Shown: positions 19,360 to 27,641 of the stretch, one piece after another
Numbering within the stretch: position 1 is the first letter of the stretch
Layout: each line of letters starts with the position of its first letter
Source of the DNA: Thermoplasmata archaeon
Lineage (GTDB): Archaea > Thermoplasmatota > Thermoplasmata > RBG-16-68-12 > JAFNFQ01
Reading direction: 5' to 3'
DNA length: 64,000 nt
Assembly: GCA_041489255.1 (NCBI GenBank)
Contig: JBGPQV010000010.1
Location: 1 to 64,000, forward strand
Position numbers and translations under genes: made by a program
Notes under the pieces: model-generated
Told to the model about the DNA's origin: nothing
What the model saw: the letters and a program-made list of their open reading frames with translations, nothing else
Database searches by the model: none

Positions 19360-19808
19360 GTGGTGGTCTCTTGTCAATTAAAATACGGTTCATGCGGGAA
19401 GCGGATGTCCCGGCGATCGTCACGATACAGGAGGCCGTCACGAGGCGCAAGGTCTCCAAGGAATTCAGCAGGAAGGTCAGGAGCTACGTCAAGAAGGGCG
19501 GCGGTCTCTCCCTCGTCGCCGAGGTCGGCGGGGAAGTCGCGGGGTACATCATCGGGGACATCAAGACGTGGGGGTTCGGAGTCGAGGAGAGCGGCTGGAT
19601 CGAGATGGTCGGCGTCCACCCGGGATCCATGGGCCACGGCGTCGGCAAGAAGCTCGGCGGGGAGCTCCTGAGGAACTTCCGCGTCAAGGGCATCAGCTCC
19701 ATTCACACATCGGCGCGTTGGGACTGGGGCGACATGCTCGCATTCTTCAAATCACTCGGTTTCGAGCAGAGCGAGTTCATCAACCTGGAGAAGACTCTGA
19801 GGAGGTAG
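19356..19808 (+). CDS. GNAT family acetyltransferase-fold protein
   Basis: IRFMREADVPAI, SLVAE, GWIEMVGVHP, GHGVGKKL, FFKSLGF. Confidence 0.88.
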   Translation: MSGGLLSIKIRFMREADVPAIVTIQEAVTRRKVSKEFSRKVRSYVKKGGGLSLVAEVGGEVAGYIIGDIKTWGFGVEESGWIEMVGVHPGSMGHGVGKKLGGELLRNFRVKGISSIHTSARWDWGDMLAFFKSLGFEQSEFINLEKTLRR

Positions 19809-19814
19809 TCGGAA

Positions 19815-20939
19815 ATGCTGGAGATGTACAAGGAATGGTTCGATGCGAGGCACGAGTACGCGAAGGAATGGAAGGAGAAGAACGGCGGGAAGGTCATGGG
19901 GTACTTCTGCACCTACGCACCCGAGGAGATCATGTACGCGGCGGGGATATTGCCGGTCAGGATCCTCGGAAGCCACGAGCCGCAGGACGTCACCGAGCCG
20001 CACATCTTCGCGATGTTCTGCCCCTTCTGCAGGGACTGCCTGGCTCAGGGGCTGAAGGGGAGGTACGACTACCTCGACGGCATCATGATCTCCCAGTCAT
20101 GCCTGCACATCAGGCAGGCGTTCACCAGCTGGAAGATGCACATCCCCACGCAGTACTCGTACTACCTGCCGATGCCGATGAAGGTCCAGAGCCCGAGGGC
20201 GCTGCCCTATCTGAGGGCCGAGCTTGAGAAGTTCAAGAAGTCCCTCGAGGAGTGGACCGGGAACAAGATCACCGACGACGACCTGCGCAACGGCATCGAG
20301 CTGATGAACGAGAACAGGCGCCTGATGCGTCAGGTCTACGAGATGAGGAAGAAGGACAACCCGCCGATCACGGGTCTGGACTCCATGTACATGGTCGTCT
20401 CGAGCCAGATGACCCACAAGCAGGAGCACAGCAGGATCACGCGCGATGTCATCAGCGAGCTGGGGCGGAAGGAGAACGGCAGGAAGACCGGCGAGAGGCT
20501 GATGATCATAGGGAGCGAGGACGACGACTCGAAGTTCATTCAGATGTGCGAGTCGGTCGGGGCCACGTTCGTGGTGGACGACCACTGCACCGGGAGCAGG
20601 TACTTCTGGAACGAGGTCGAGCCGTACGGAGACCCGCTCACCGCCATAGCGAAGAGGTACATCGAGAGGCCCGCCTGTCCCAGCAAGGACTGGGAGGAAC
20701 GCACACGCATACCGCACATCCTCCAACTGGCGGTGGACTGGAAGGTGAAGGGTGCGGTGCTCATCCAGCAGAAGTTCTGCGACCCGCACGAGCTGGACAC
20801 CCCCGCCATCAGGAAGGCGCTGGAGGGCAAGGGCATCAAGACGCTGTTCCTCGAGCTGGACGTCACCGTGCCGATCGGCCAGTTCAGGACGAGGGTGGAG
20901 GCGCTTCTCGAGATGTTGCAGGAGGAGGACCTTTTCTAG
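19815..20939 (+). CDS. bzdN: Benzoyl-CoA reductase, bzd-type, subunit N
   Basis: RHEYAKEWK, GYFCTYAPEE, HIFAMFCPFCRD, QQKFCDPHELD; first gene of the N-O-P-Q-ferredoxin order. Confidence 0.88.
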   Translation: MLEMYKEWFDARHEYAKEWKEKNGGKVMGYFCTYAPEEIMYAAGILPVRILGSHEPQDVTEPHIFAMFCPFCRDCLAQGLKGRYDYLDGIMISQSCLHIRQAFTSWKMHIPTQYSYYLPMPMKVQSPRALPYLRAELEKFKKSLEEWTGNKITDDDLRNGIELMNENRRLMRQVYEMRKKDNPPITGLDSMYMVVSSQMTHKQEHSRITRDVISELGRKENGRKTGERLMIIGSEDDDSKFIQMCESVGATFVVDDHCTGSRYFWNEVEPYGDPLTAIAKRYIERPACPSKDWEERTRIPHILQLAVDWKVKGAVLIQQKFCDPHELDTPAIRKALEGKGIKTLFLELDVTVPIGQFRTRVEALLEMLQEEDLF

Positions 20940-20951
20940 GAGGTGCAGAAG

Positions 20952-22262
20952 ATGGCCAACAAGTATCCAACAGAGCCGCTGAAGGTCTGGGACAAGGCGA
21001 AGAATCTGAGGCAGGAGTATTACGACAACTTCATGCACGCAAGGGAGAAGGGGGCTCTCAGGTGGGCTGGAGGGGCATGGGCGTTCGATGCGGTGCCTTA
21101 CGGCCTCGGCGACGACGTCTACCCGCTGACTGGCGAACCATACGGAGCATCGACCGCATTCAACGGCGAATTCTCCCTGAAGTGCCTCGAGGCAACGGAG
21201 AACGCGGGCTACGCCAGGGACCTCTGCTCCTACATGCGCAACTACTGGGGCAGCATCCTGCTGGACAAGTTCACTTTCGGCGGGGAGTTCCCCAAGCCGG
21301 ACTTCATGTGGCAGGCGCACATCTGCTGCAGCCACGCGAAGTGGTACCAGGTCGCCAGGGAGCTGGAGGGCGGCAAGATCCCGTACTACTGCGTGGATGT
21401 TGCGGTGGGCCCATACGACACCATGGACGACAACAAGGTCAACTACATCGTCGGGCAGCTGAGCGACGGCATCGACTGGCTGGAGAAGGTCACCGGCCGC
21501 ACGTACGACGACAAGAAGCTCATCGAGGCGGTGAAGAACGAGACAACCGCCATGTCCACTTGGGCCGAGATATGCTCGCTCAACAAGAACGTCCCCGCCC
21601 CGCTAGATGAGAAGACGATGTACTCTCTCTACGTCTTCGGCGTCCTGATGAAGAGCAACAGGAAGGTCGGCGAGCTGTACAAGGAGCTCCTCGCGGAGGT
21701 CAAGGACAGGGTGAAGCGGGGGATCGCCGCGGTTCCGAACGAGCAGTGCAGGGTCATGACCGACACGCAGCCCCCGTGGGCGTTCCTGGACGTCTTCAGG
21801 TACATGGAGAAGTTCGGCTGCGTCTCGGTCGGCTCGCTCTACACCTACGGACTGACTGGCATGTGGGAGATTAAGCCCGACGGGCAGTGGGGGCCGAAGA
21901 CGACCCCGATGGCCAGGGGCGTCCCGATGAGGAACAGGGAGGAGGCGCTCAGGGCCCTGGTCGAGTGGAACCTCGCTAAGCCGGAGTGGCAGCACTTCTA
22001 CGACCCCGCGCTCAAGACTGAGATGATGGTCAGGATCGCGAAGCAGTGGAAGCTGAACGGCGTCATCCTGCACTACAACAGGGGCTGCGAGGGCCTGAGC
22101 CTGGGCATCGCTGAGAACCGTCTCGGGATCATGAAGGCGGGTTTCCCCGTCATGACGTTCGAGGGGAACATGGGCGACGGGCGGGAGTTCGACAAGGCCA
22201 GGACGATGTCCAGGATTGACTCTTTCATGGAGACGTTAGGAATGAAGAAACTGGAGTCGTGA
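20952..22262 (+). CDS. bzdO: Benzoyl-CoA reductase, bzd-type, subunit O
   Basis: [46 protein letters not shown]. Confidence 0.9.
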   Translation: MANKYPTEPLKVWDKAKNLRQEYYDNFMHAREKGALRWAGGAWAFDAVPYGLGDDVYPLTGEPYGASTAFNGEFSLKCLEATENAGYARDLCSYMRNYWGSILLDKFTFGGEFPKPDFMWQAHICCSHAKWYQVARELEGGKIPYYCVDVAVGPYDTMDDNKVNYIVGQLSDGIDWLEKVTGRTYDDKKLIEAVKNETTAMSTWAEICSLNKNVPAPLDEKTMYSLYVFGVLMKSNRKVGELYKELLAEVKDRVKRGIAAVPNEQCRVMTDTQPPWAFLDVFRYMEKFGCVSVGSLYTYGLTGMWEIKPDGQWGPKTTPMARGVPMRNREEALRALVEWNLAKPEWQHFYDPALKTEMMVRIAKQWKLNGVILHYNRGCEGLSLGIAENRLGIMKAGFPVMTFEGNMGDGREFDKARTMSRIDSFMETLGMKKLES

Positions 22263-22266
22263 GAAC

Positions 22267-23055
22267 GTGATCACTGCAGGCATAGACATCGGTGCGAAGA
22301 CTGTGAAGGTCATAGTCCTGAAGGACGGGAAGATAGCGGGGAAGGCGGTTGATCTCGGCGGTTTCGACCAGAGGGGCACATCTGACAGGCTCTTCAGGAA
22401 GGCGCTTGCCGAGGCCGGCGCTGACATCAAGGACGTGAAGATGATAGTGGCGACCGGCGCGGGCAAGGGCGAGTTCCCTCACGCGAACGAGCCGGTGACG
22501 GAGGTCACGGCGGACGCACGCGGGGCGAACGTCATCCATCCGAGGGGCCGCACGGTCATCAGCGTGGGGGCGGAGGAGGGGCGGGCGATCAAGACCGACG
22601 CGCAGGGCAGGGTCGTCGACTTCGCCGTCAACGAGAAGTGCGCGGCGGGGGCGGGCGCGTTCACTGAGTCAATGGCCAGGGCTCTCGAACTGAAGGTCGA
22701 GGACCTGGGAGCGCTGTCCCTCCAGTCGACGAACGCGGTCCCGATGAACGCACAATGTGCGGTGTTCGCCGAATCCGAGGTGGTCTCGCTTGTCCACGCG
22801 GGGACCTCGAAGCAGGACATCTCCAGGGCCATCCACGACGCGATCGCGAGCAGGATATCGTCGATGGCGAGAAGGATATCTGTCGAGAACGACGTGGTGC
22901 TCATCGGCGGCGTCGCGAAGAACAAGGGCTTCGTCGAGTCCTTGAAGAGGGACCTGGCCACCGAGGTCTTCGTGCCGCAGGACCCCGAGTTCGTCAGCGC
23001 GCTCGGTGCGGCTCACATCGCTTTCGAGAAGGCATCGAAACAGGGAGGCAGCTGA
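22267..23055 (+). CDS. bzdP: Benzoyl-CoA reductase ATPase (activase) subunit P
   Basis: ASKHA motif GIDIGAKTVK, NEKCAAGAG, AQCAVFAESEVVSL; GTG start. Confidence 0.85.
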   Translation: MITAGIDIGAKTVKVIVLKDGKIAGKAVDLGGFDQRGTSDRLFRKALAEAGADIKDVKMIVATGAGKGEFPHANEPVTEVTADARGANVIHPRGRTVISVGAEEGRAIKTDAQGRVVDFAVNEKCAAGAGAFTESMARALELKVEDLGALSLQSTNAVPMNAQCAVFAESEVVSLVHAGTSKQDISRAIHDAIASRISSMARRISVENDVVLIGGVAKNKGFVESLKRDLATEVFVPQDPEFVSALGAAHIAFEKASKQGGS

Positions 23056-23056
23056 G

Positions 23057-23923
23057 ATGGTCGAGTACTGGCGATGGAAGGAGTACAGGTGGACCGCGCC
23101 TGATGCCGACTGGAAGAACGCCAAGACAATCTCGTGCGGGATCGACGTCGGTTCGGTCAGCTCGCAGGCAGTCATCATGACGGACGGCAACCTGTACGCC
23201 TACAGCAACATGAGGACCGGCTCGAACAGCCCCGACAGCGCGAGGAGAGCGCTTGACTGGGCGCTGGAAGGGACCGGCCTGAAGCAGGAGAACATGCACT
23301 TCATCGTCGGCACGGGCTACGGCCGAATCAACATACCCTTCGCCAACAAGGCAATCACCGAGATCGCGTGCCATGCCAGGGGGGCCAACTTCATGTACGG
23401 CCCTACCGTGAGAACGGTCCTGGACATGGGCGGGCAGGACTGCAAGGCGATACGCTGTGACGAGAAGGGCAAGGTCACCGCATTCCTGATGAACGACAAG
23501 TGCGCGGCGGGGACAGGCCGAGGGATGGAGGTCTTCGCGGACCTGCTGCAGGTCCATATCGAAGAGGTCGGTGACCTCTCGTTCAAGGTCGACAAGGAGC
23601 CGCCGCCCGTGAGCAGCACCTGCGTCGTCTTCGCGAAGTCGGAGGCTTCCGCGTTGCTCAGGAAGGGCGTGCCGAAGAACGAGGTCCTGGCGGCCTACTG
23701 CTCCGCGATGGCCCACCGCGTCTTCTCGCTGCTCGAGAGGCTCGGCGTCGAGAAGGACTTCGGCATAACCGGCGGGATATCGAAGAACAAGGGCGTCGTC
23801 GACAGGCTCACGAAGGAGCTCGGCATCACCTCTCTCACGCCGAGGTACGACCCGCAGGTCGCCGGAGGAGTCGGGGCCGCGCTGTTCGCCAAGTCCCTCG
23901 TGGAGAAGCAGAAGGCCGGGTAG
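23057..23923 (+). CDS. bzdQ: Benzoyl-CoA reductase ATPase subunit Q
   Basis: EYWRW, GIDVGSVSSQAV, GTGYGR, DMGGQDCK, MNDKCAAGTGRG. Confidence 0.9.
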   Translation: MVEYWRWKEYRWTAPDADWKNAKTISCGIDVGSVSSQAVIMTDGNLYAYSNMRTGSNSPDSARRALDWALEGTGLKQENMHFIVGTGYGRINIPFANKAITEIACHARGANFMYGPTVRTVLDMGGQDCKAIRCDEKGKVTAFLMNDKCAAGTGRGMEVFADLLQVHIEEVGDLSFKVDKEPPPVSSTCVVFAKSEASALLRKGVPKNEVLAAYCSAMAHRVFSLLERLGVEKDFGITGGISKNKGVVDRLTKELGITSLTPRYDPQVAGGVGAALFAKSLVEKQKAG

Positions 23924-23931
23924 GTGGCACG

Positions 23932-24207
23932 ATGAAGGCGAACTACGGCTACAAGGACGGCTCTGGAGAGTTCTTCATCACGATAGACACGGACAAGTGC
24001 AACAGCTGCGGCGACTGCGCGAAGGTCTGCCCGCCGAAGGTCATCGTCATGATCACGAACGACTACGACGAGGTCGTGCCTGCGGTGGCCGAGGAGCACA
24101 GGAAAAAGATCAAGTACGACTGCGCGCCGTGCAAGCCGATCAGCGGCCCGAGGGACCTCCCGTGCGTCGTCGCCTGCAAGCCCACCGCAATCGTACACTC
24201 ATGGTAA
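23932..24207 (+). CDS. bzdM: 4Fe-4S ferredoxin (BzdM-like)
   Basis: ANYGYKDGSGEFFITIDTDKCNSCGDCAKVCP...KYDCAPCKP...HSW. Confidence 0.85.
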   Translation: MKANYGYKDGSGEFFITIDTDKCNSCGDCAKVCPPKVIVMITNDYDEVVPAVAEEHRKKIKYDCAPCKPISGPRDLPCVVACKPTAIVHSW

Positions 24208-24253
24208 TCCGCAAACCGGAAAAGGCGTCAGCTTCGTGGATGGCGGGGACAGG

Positions 24254-26779
24254 ATGATCTCCCTATCGGTCGACGGAAAAAGAATCGAGGTCGCGGCGGG
24301 AGCCACTATCTTGGATGCCGCTAGGGCCGCGGGAGTCTACGTCCCCACTTTGTGTTCTCACCCAGATCTACCGCCATCGAAGGGCAAGGTCACAGCCGCG
24401 TTCGTCTACCGAGGCAACACGAAAGTGGAGCGCCCGCCAAGTGCGGTAGGGACGGAATTCGAAGGATGCAAGCTGTGCATGGTCGAAGTCCAGGGGAAGC
24501 CTGACCTCGTGACTGCCTGCAATACCGCCGCGGAGGCGGGGATGGTCGTCCTCACCGAGCAGCCGAGGATCAGCGAGGCGAGGCAGAGGAACCTCGTTCC
24601 GATACTCGCGAAACACCCGCATGCATGCTTGACCTGCGCGCAGAGGGAGGGGTGCAGTAGGACTCAGTGCTCCTCGAACGTACCGGTCGACGAAAGGTGC
24701 TGCCCCAAGCTGGGCAATTGCGAGCTGCAGCGCGTGGCTGACTACATCGGCATCAGGGGAGACACTCCGAGGTATGTCCCGCGGAAGATTCCCCGTGCAG
24801 ACAGCGATCCTCTCTTCATCCGAGACCCCAATCTCTGCATATCGTGCACGAGGTGCGTCAGGGCGTGCGAGGACCTGCGAGACGTGAGGGCGATTGCATT
24901 CACATTCGACGGGAACGAGTTCGTCGTCGGGACGACTATCGGCCCCTCCCTGGCCGAGTCGGCCTGCAGGTTCTGCGGCGCGTGCGTAGAGGTCTGCCCG
25001 ACCGGTGCGCTCGTAGACAGAGACCTGACGCTCGCGGACAAGGAGAAAGAGCTAGTGCCGTGCAGGTACGCCTGCCCCGCCGGCATGGACGTGCCGAAGA
25101 TCATGAGGCTGGTGGCGGCGGGCAAATTCGGAGAAGCCTCTGCAGTCGTGCGCGAGAAAGCGCCGTTCCCTCTGACCCTCGGTGCAATCTGCTTCCACCC
25201 GTGCGAGCAGTCCTGCCGCAGGGGCAAGGTGAACGAACCGATCGCCATATGCGACATCAAGAGGTTCGCTGCGGAGAATGATATGGGCGAGTGGAAGGCC
25301 AAGTTCAAGCGAGCCCCGCCAACCGGGAGGAAGGTCGCGGTGGTTGGTTCTGGTCCGGCCGGCCTCACGGCGGGATACTACCTTTCGATGCTCGGTCACT
25401 CGGTCAGCGTCTTCGACTCGAACGACAAACCTGGCGGGACATTGCGGAGTGGCATACCGCGCTACCGCCTTCCTTCGAGCGTCGTTGATGAGGATCTCCA
25501 GGGAGTGATGGAGAGCGGTATCGAGTTCAAGGGCGGCGTCAAGGTTGGCCAGAACGTTCTCATCAAGGATCTGAGGTCGCAGGGCTACGATGCGATCTTC
25601 GTGGCGGGAGGAGCGACTCTCAGCAAGCGCATACCGCTTGAGGGCTCCGATTTGCCGGGCGTTATCTGGGGACTGGACTTCCTCCAGGATGTGAGGGCGG
25701 GGAAGCCGGTCAGGATCAGCAGAAGGCTCGTCGTCATCGGCGGCGGGAATGTCGCGATGGATGTCGCGTTGACGGCGCTCCGCCTGGGCGCGAGGGACAT
25801 CCAGGTCGCGTGCCTCGAATCAAGAAAGGAGATGCCCGCATTCGAGTGGGAGATACAGGAGGTCATGGACGAGGGAATCAAGATTCACTGCTCCTGGGGG
25901 CCGAAGAAGACTCTGAGCGATGGCGGGAAGGTCACCGGCATCGAGCTCAAGAAGTGCACGTCGGTTTTCGATGAGCAGAAGAGATTCAATCCGAAGTACG
26001 ATGAGTCAGTCATCACGAAGCTCGAAGGTGATACGGTCATACTCGCCATCGGCCAGGGCTCCGATACGACCTATCTGGCGGGTCTGGAGGGACTCAACAC
26101 CACCCGCGGCGGGAACATCATCGTCGAGCCCGCCACGCTTGCGTCGAGCATCGATGGAATCTACGCCGGCGGTGACCTCGTCACCGGCCCCAAGTCCGTC
26201 ATCGAGGCAATAGAAATGGGGAGAAAGGCGGCGTCCTCCATCGACAAGAAGCTTGGCGGGAGCGGAATCATAGAAATCAAGCTCGCCGAACCGGACGCGC
26301 CGAATCCGAGGATCGGGCGGATAGACGGTTTTGCCGCGATGAAGCGGCCCGCGATGCCGAGCATCAAGAGAGAGCAGAGACGCCTGTCGTTCGACCGCGT
26401 CGAACTGGGGTATGGTCGTGAGGAGGCTGTGTACGAGGCCGGCCGATGTCTGAAGTGCGACCTGAGGCTCACGATCAATTCACCGCCATCACCGCCGGAG
26501 AAGTGGTTAGAGTTCAGCGAGGCGAACATCGCGAAGGTGCCAGAGATTGATGGGGTCTTCCAGCTGTTCGACGAGAAGAGAGAAGTCATCAAGATCGCTG
26601 GAGCCGCCAACATGAGAGCCCTGCTGAAGGAGCAGCTCGCGAGCAACAAGAAGGCGAAATACTTCGTGTTCGAGGAGGACAAGATGTACACGAAGAGGGA
26701 GACGGAGCTCCTGCAGCAGTACATGCAGAAGTACGGGAAGATGCCAGGCGGCGGGGACGAATTGGACGAGCTGTTCTGA
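24254..26779 (+). CDS. bzdV: BzdV-like Fe-S/FAD NAD(P)H:ferredoxin oxidoreductase with extra C-terminal domain
   Basis: N-terminal 2Fe-2S (PTLC...CKLC...C), 2x4Fe-4S, GltD-like GSGPAG and GGGNVAMD; follows the ferredoxin. Confidence 0.78.
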   Translation: MISLSVDGKRIEVAAGATILDAARAAGVYVPTLCSHPDLPPSKGKVTAAFVYRGNTKVERPPSAVGTEFEGCKLCMVEVQGKPDLVTACNTAAEAGMVVLTEQPRISEARQRNLVPILAKHPHACLTCAQREGCSRTQCSSNVPVDERCCPKLGNCELQRVADYIGIRGDTPRYVPRKIPRADSDPLFIRDPNLCISCTRCVRACEDLRDVRAIAFTFDGNEFVVGTTIGPSLAESACRFCGACVEVCPTGALVDRDLTLADKEKELVPCRYACPAGMDVPKIMRLVAAGKFGEASAVVREKAPFPLTLGAICFHPCEQSCRRGKVNEPIAICDIKRFAAENDMGEWKAKFKRAPPTGRKVAVVGSGPAGLTAGYYLSMLGHSVSVFDSNDKPGGTLRSGIPRYRLPSSVVDEDLQGVMESGIEFKGGVKVGQNVLIKDLRSQGYDAIFVAGGATLSKRIPLEGSDLPGVIWGLDFLQDVRAGKPVRISRRLVVIGGGNVAMDVALTALRLGARDIQVACLESRKEMPAFEWEIQEVMDEGIKIHCSWGPKKTLSDGGKVTGIELKKCTSVFDEQKRFNPKYDESVITKLEGDTVILAIGQGSDTTYLAGLEGLNTTRGGNIIVEPATLASSIDGIYAGGDLVTGPKSVIEAIEMGRKAASSIDKKLGGSGIIEIKLAEPDAPNPRIGRIDGFAAMKRPAMPSIKREQRRLSFDRVELGYGREEAVYEAGRCLKCDLRLTINSPPSPPEKWLEFSEANIAKVPEIDGVFQLFDEKREVIKIAGAANMRALLKEQLASNKKAKYFVFEEDKMYTKRETELLQQYMQKYGKMPGGGDELDELF

Positions 26780-26884
26780 GATCTGTGCTACCGGTCCCGC
26801 AATTGCGGCTCTTGTTCTTTCTCTCCAGAGGCGGTCGCGTTTCACTCTTTCGTCAGTCGTAATGCAAGCTAGCTGAGCCATAGT

Positions 26885-26972
26885 TATGTGACGCATGTGT
26901 AACGGTCATGTGACGCTGTTCCTACGCTAGTCATACGCTATTAATACACTGTTAAAATACTATTTATACGTC
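26885..26972 (+). repeat. Eight-unit degenerate 11-bp tandem array ending in a TATA box
   Basis: TATGTGACGCA TGTGTAACGGT CATGTGACGCT GTTCCTACGCT AGTCATACGCT ATTAATACACT GTTAAAATACT ATTTATACGTC. Confidence 0.75.
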
Positions 26973-27020
26973 TTCAACCATATATCTCACTGCAATCTCG
27001 CAATCATCAGGGTGGAATCG

Positions 27021-27590
27021 ATGACCAAGATCACCAACATCTTCGGCACGAAGTTCAGCGGCAGAATAGGGAAGGACATGGTCGCCGCATCATGGAAAGG
27101 GCACGAGTACGTGCGCACATACGCGAAGCCGCCGAACCGGAACACCGAGGGCCAGCAGGAGGCCCGCGGCAGGTTCGCGGGCGCGGTCGCGGCGTGGCAG
27201 GAGCTCTCTCACGTCCAGAGGCTCTTCTACGACAGGATCGCGGAGGGGATGAGCGGTTTCAACCTTTACATCAGCAGGCACGTCACGGCTGTGCAGGAGG
27301 AGGAGGAGCCGGAGCAGCCGATGGAGGCGGGCTACGTCACCGCGGACGGGGAGTCTGTGAAGATAGGCTCGCTCAAGGTCAAGTCTGGCGGGCACGAGCT
27401 GTTCACGCTGAGCTTGAAGGACGGGAGGGCGGTGGTCGCTCTGACGGAGTCCGATTCTCCGTATACGTTCATCCTCAGGAGGGGGAAGGCGGAGGACGAG
27501 GTCCTGGAGGTGATGGACCTGTCGGAGACGGGGATGCCCGAGAAGCTGGAGAGCAAGGCGCTGCGGATCAAGCTGGTGAAGGAGGAGTAG
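27021..27590 (+). CDS. Hypothetical protein, DUF6266-like N-terminus
   Basis: FSGRIGKDMVAASWKGHEYVRTYAKPPNRNTEGQQEARGRF...WQELS...SGFNLYI pattern. Confidence 0.75.
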   Translation: MTKITNIFGTKFSGRIGKDMVAASWKGHEYVRTYAKPPNRNTEGQQEARGRFAGAVAAWQELSHVQRLFYDRIAEGMSGFNLYISRHVTAVQEEEEPEQPMEAGYVTADGESVKIGSLKVKSGGHELFTLSLKDGRAVVALTESDSPYTFILRRGKAEDEVLEVMDLSETGMPEKLESKALRIKLVKEE

Positions 27591-27641
27591 CCGCTGCAGG
27601 GGGGACAAGGGCCTGTCGCCGCATCTGAGGGCTCGCCGGCT

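Noticed and set aside
20097-21610. Long alternative ORFs (452 aa plus, 412 aa minus) over bzdN/O
   Set aside because: Alternative-frame shadows typical of high GC3 coding DNA
26885-26972. CRISPR array
   Set aside because: Units are 11 nt, contiguous, have no spacers, and no cas genes are present
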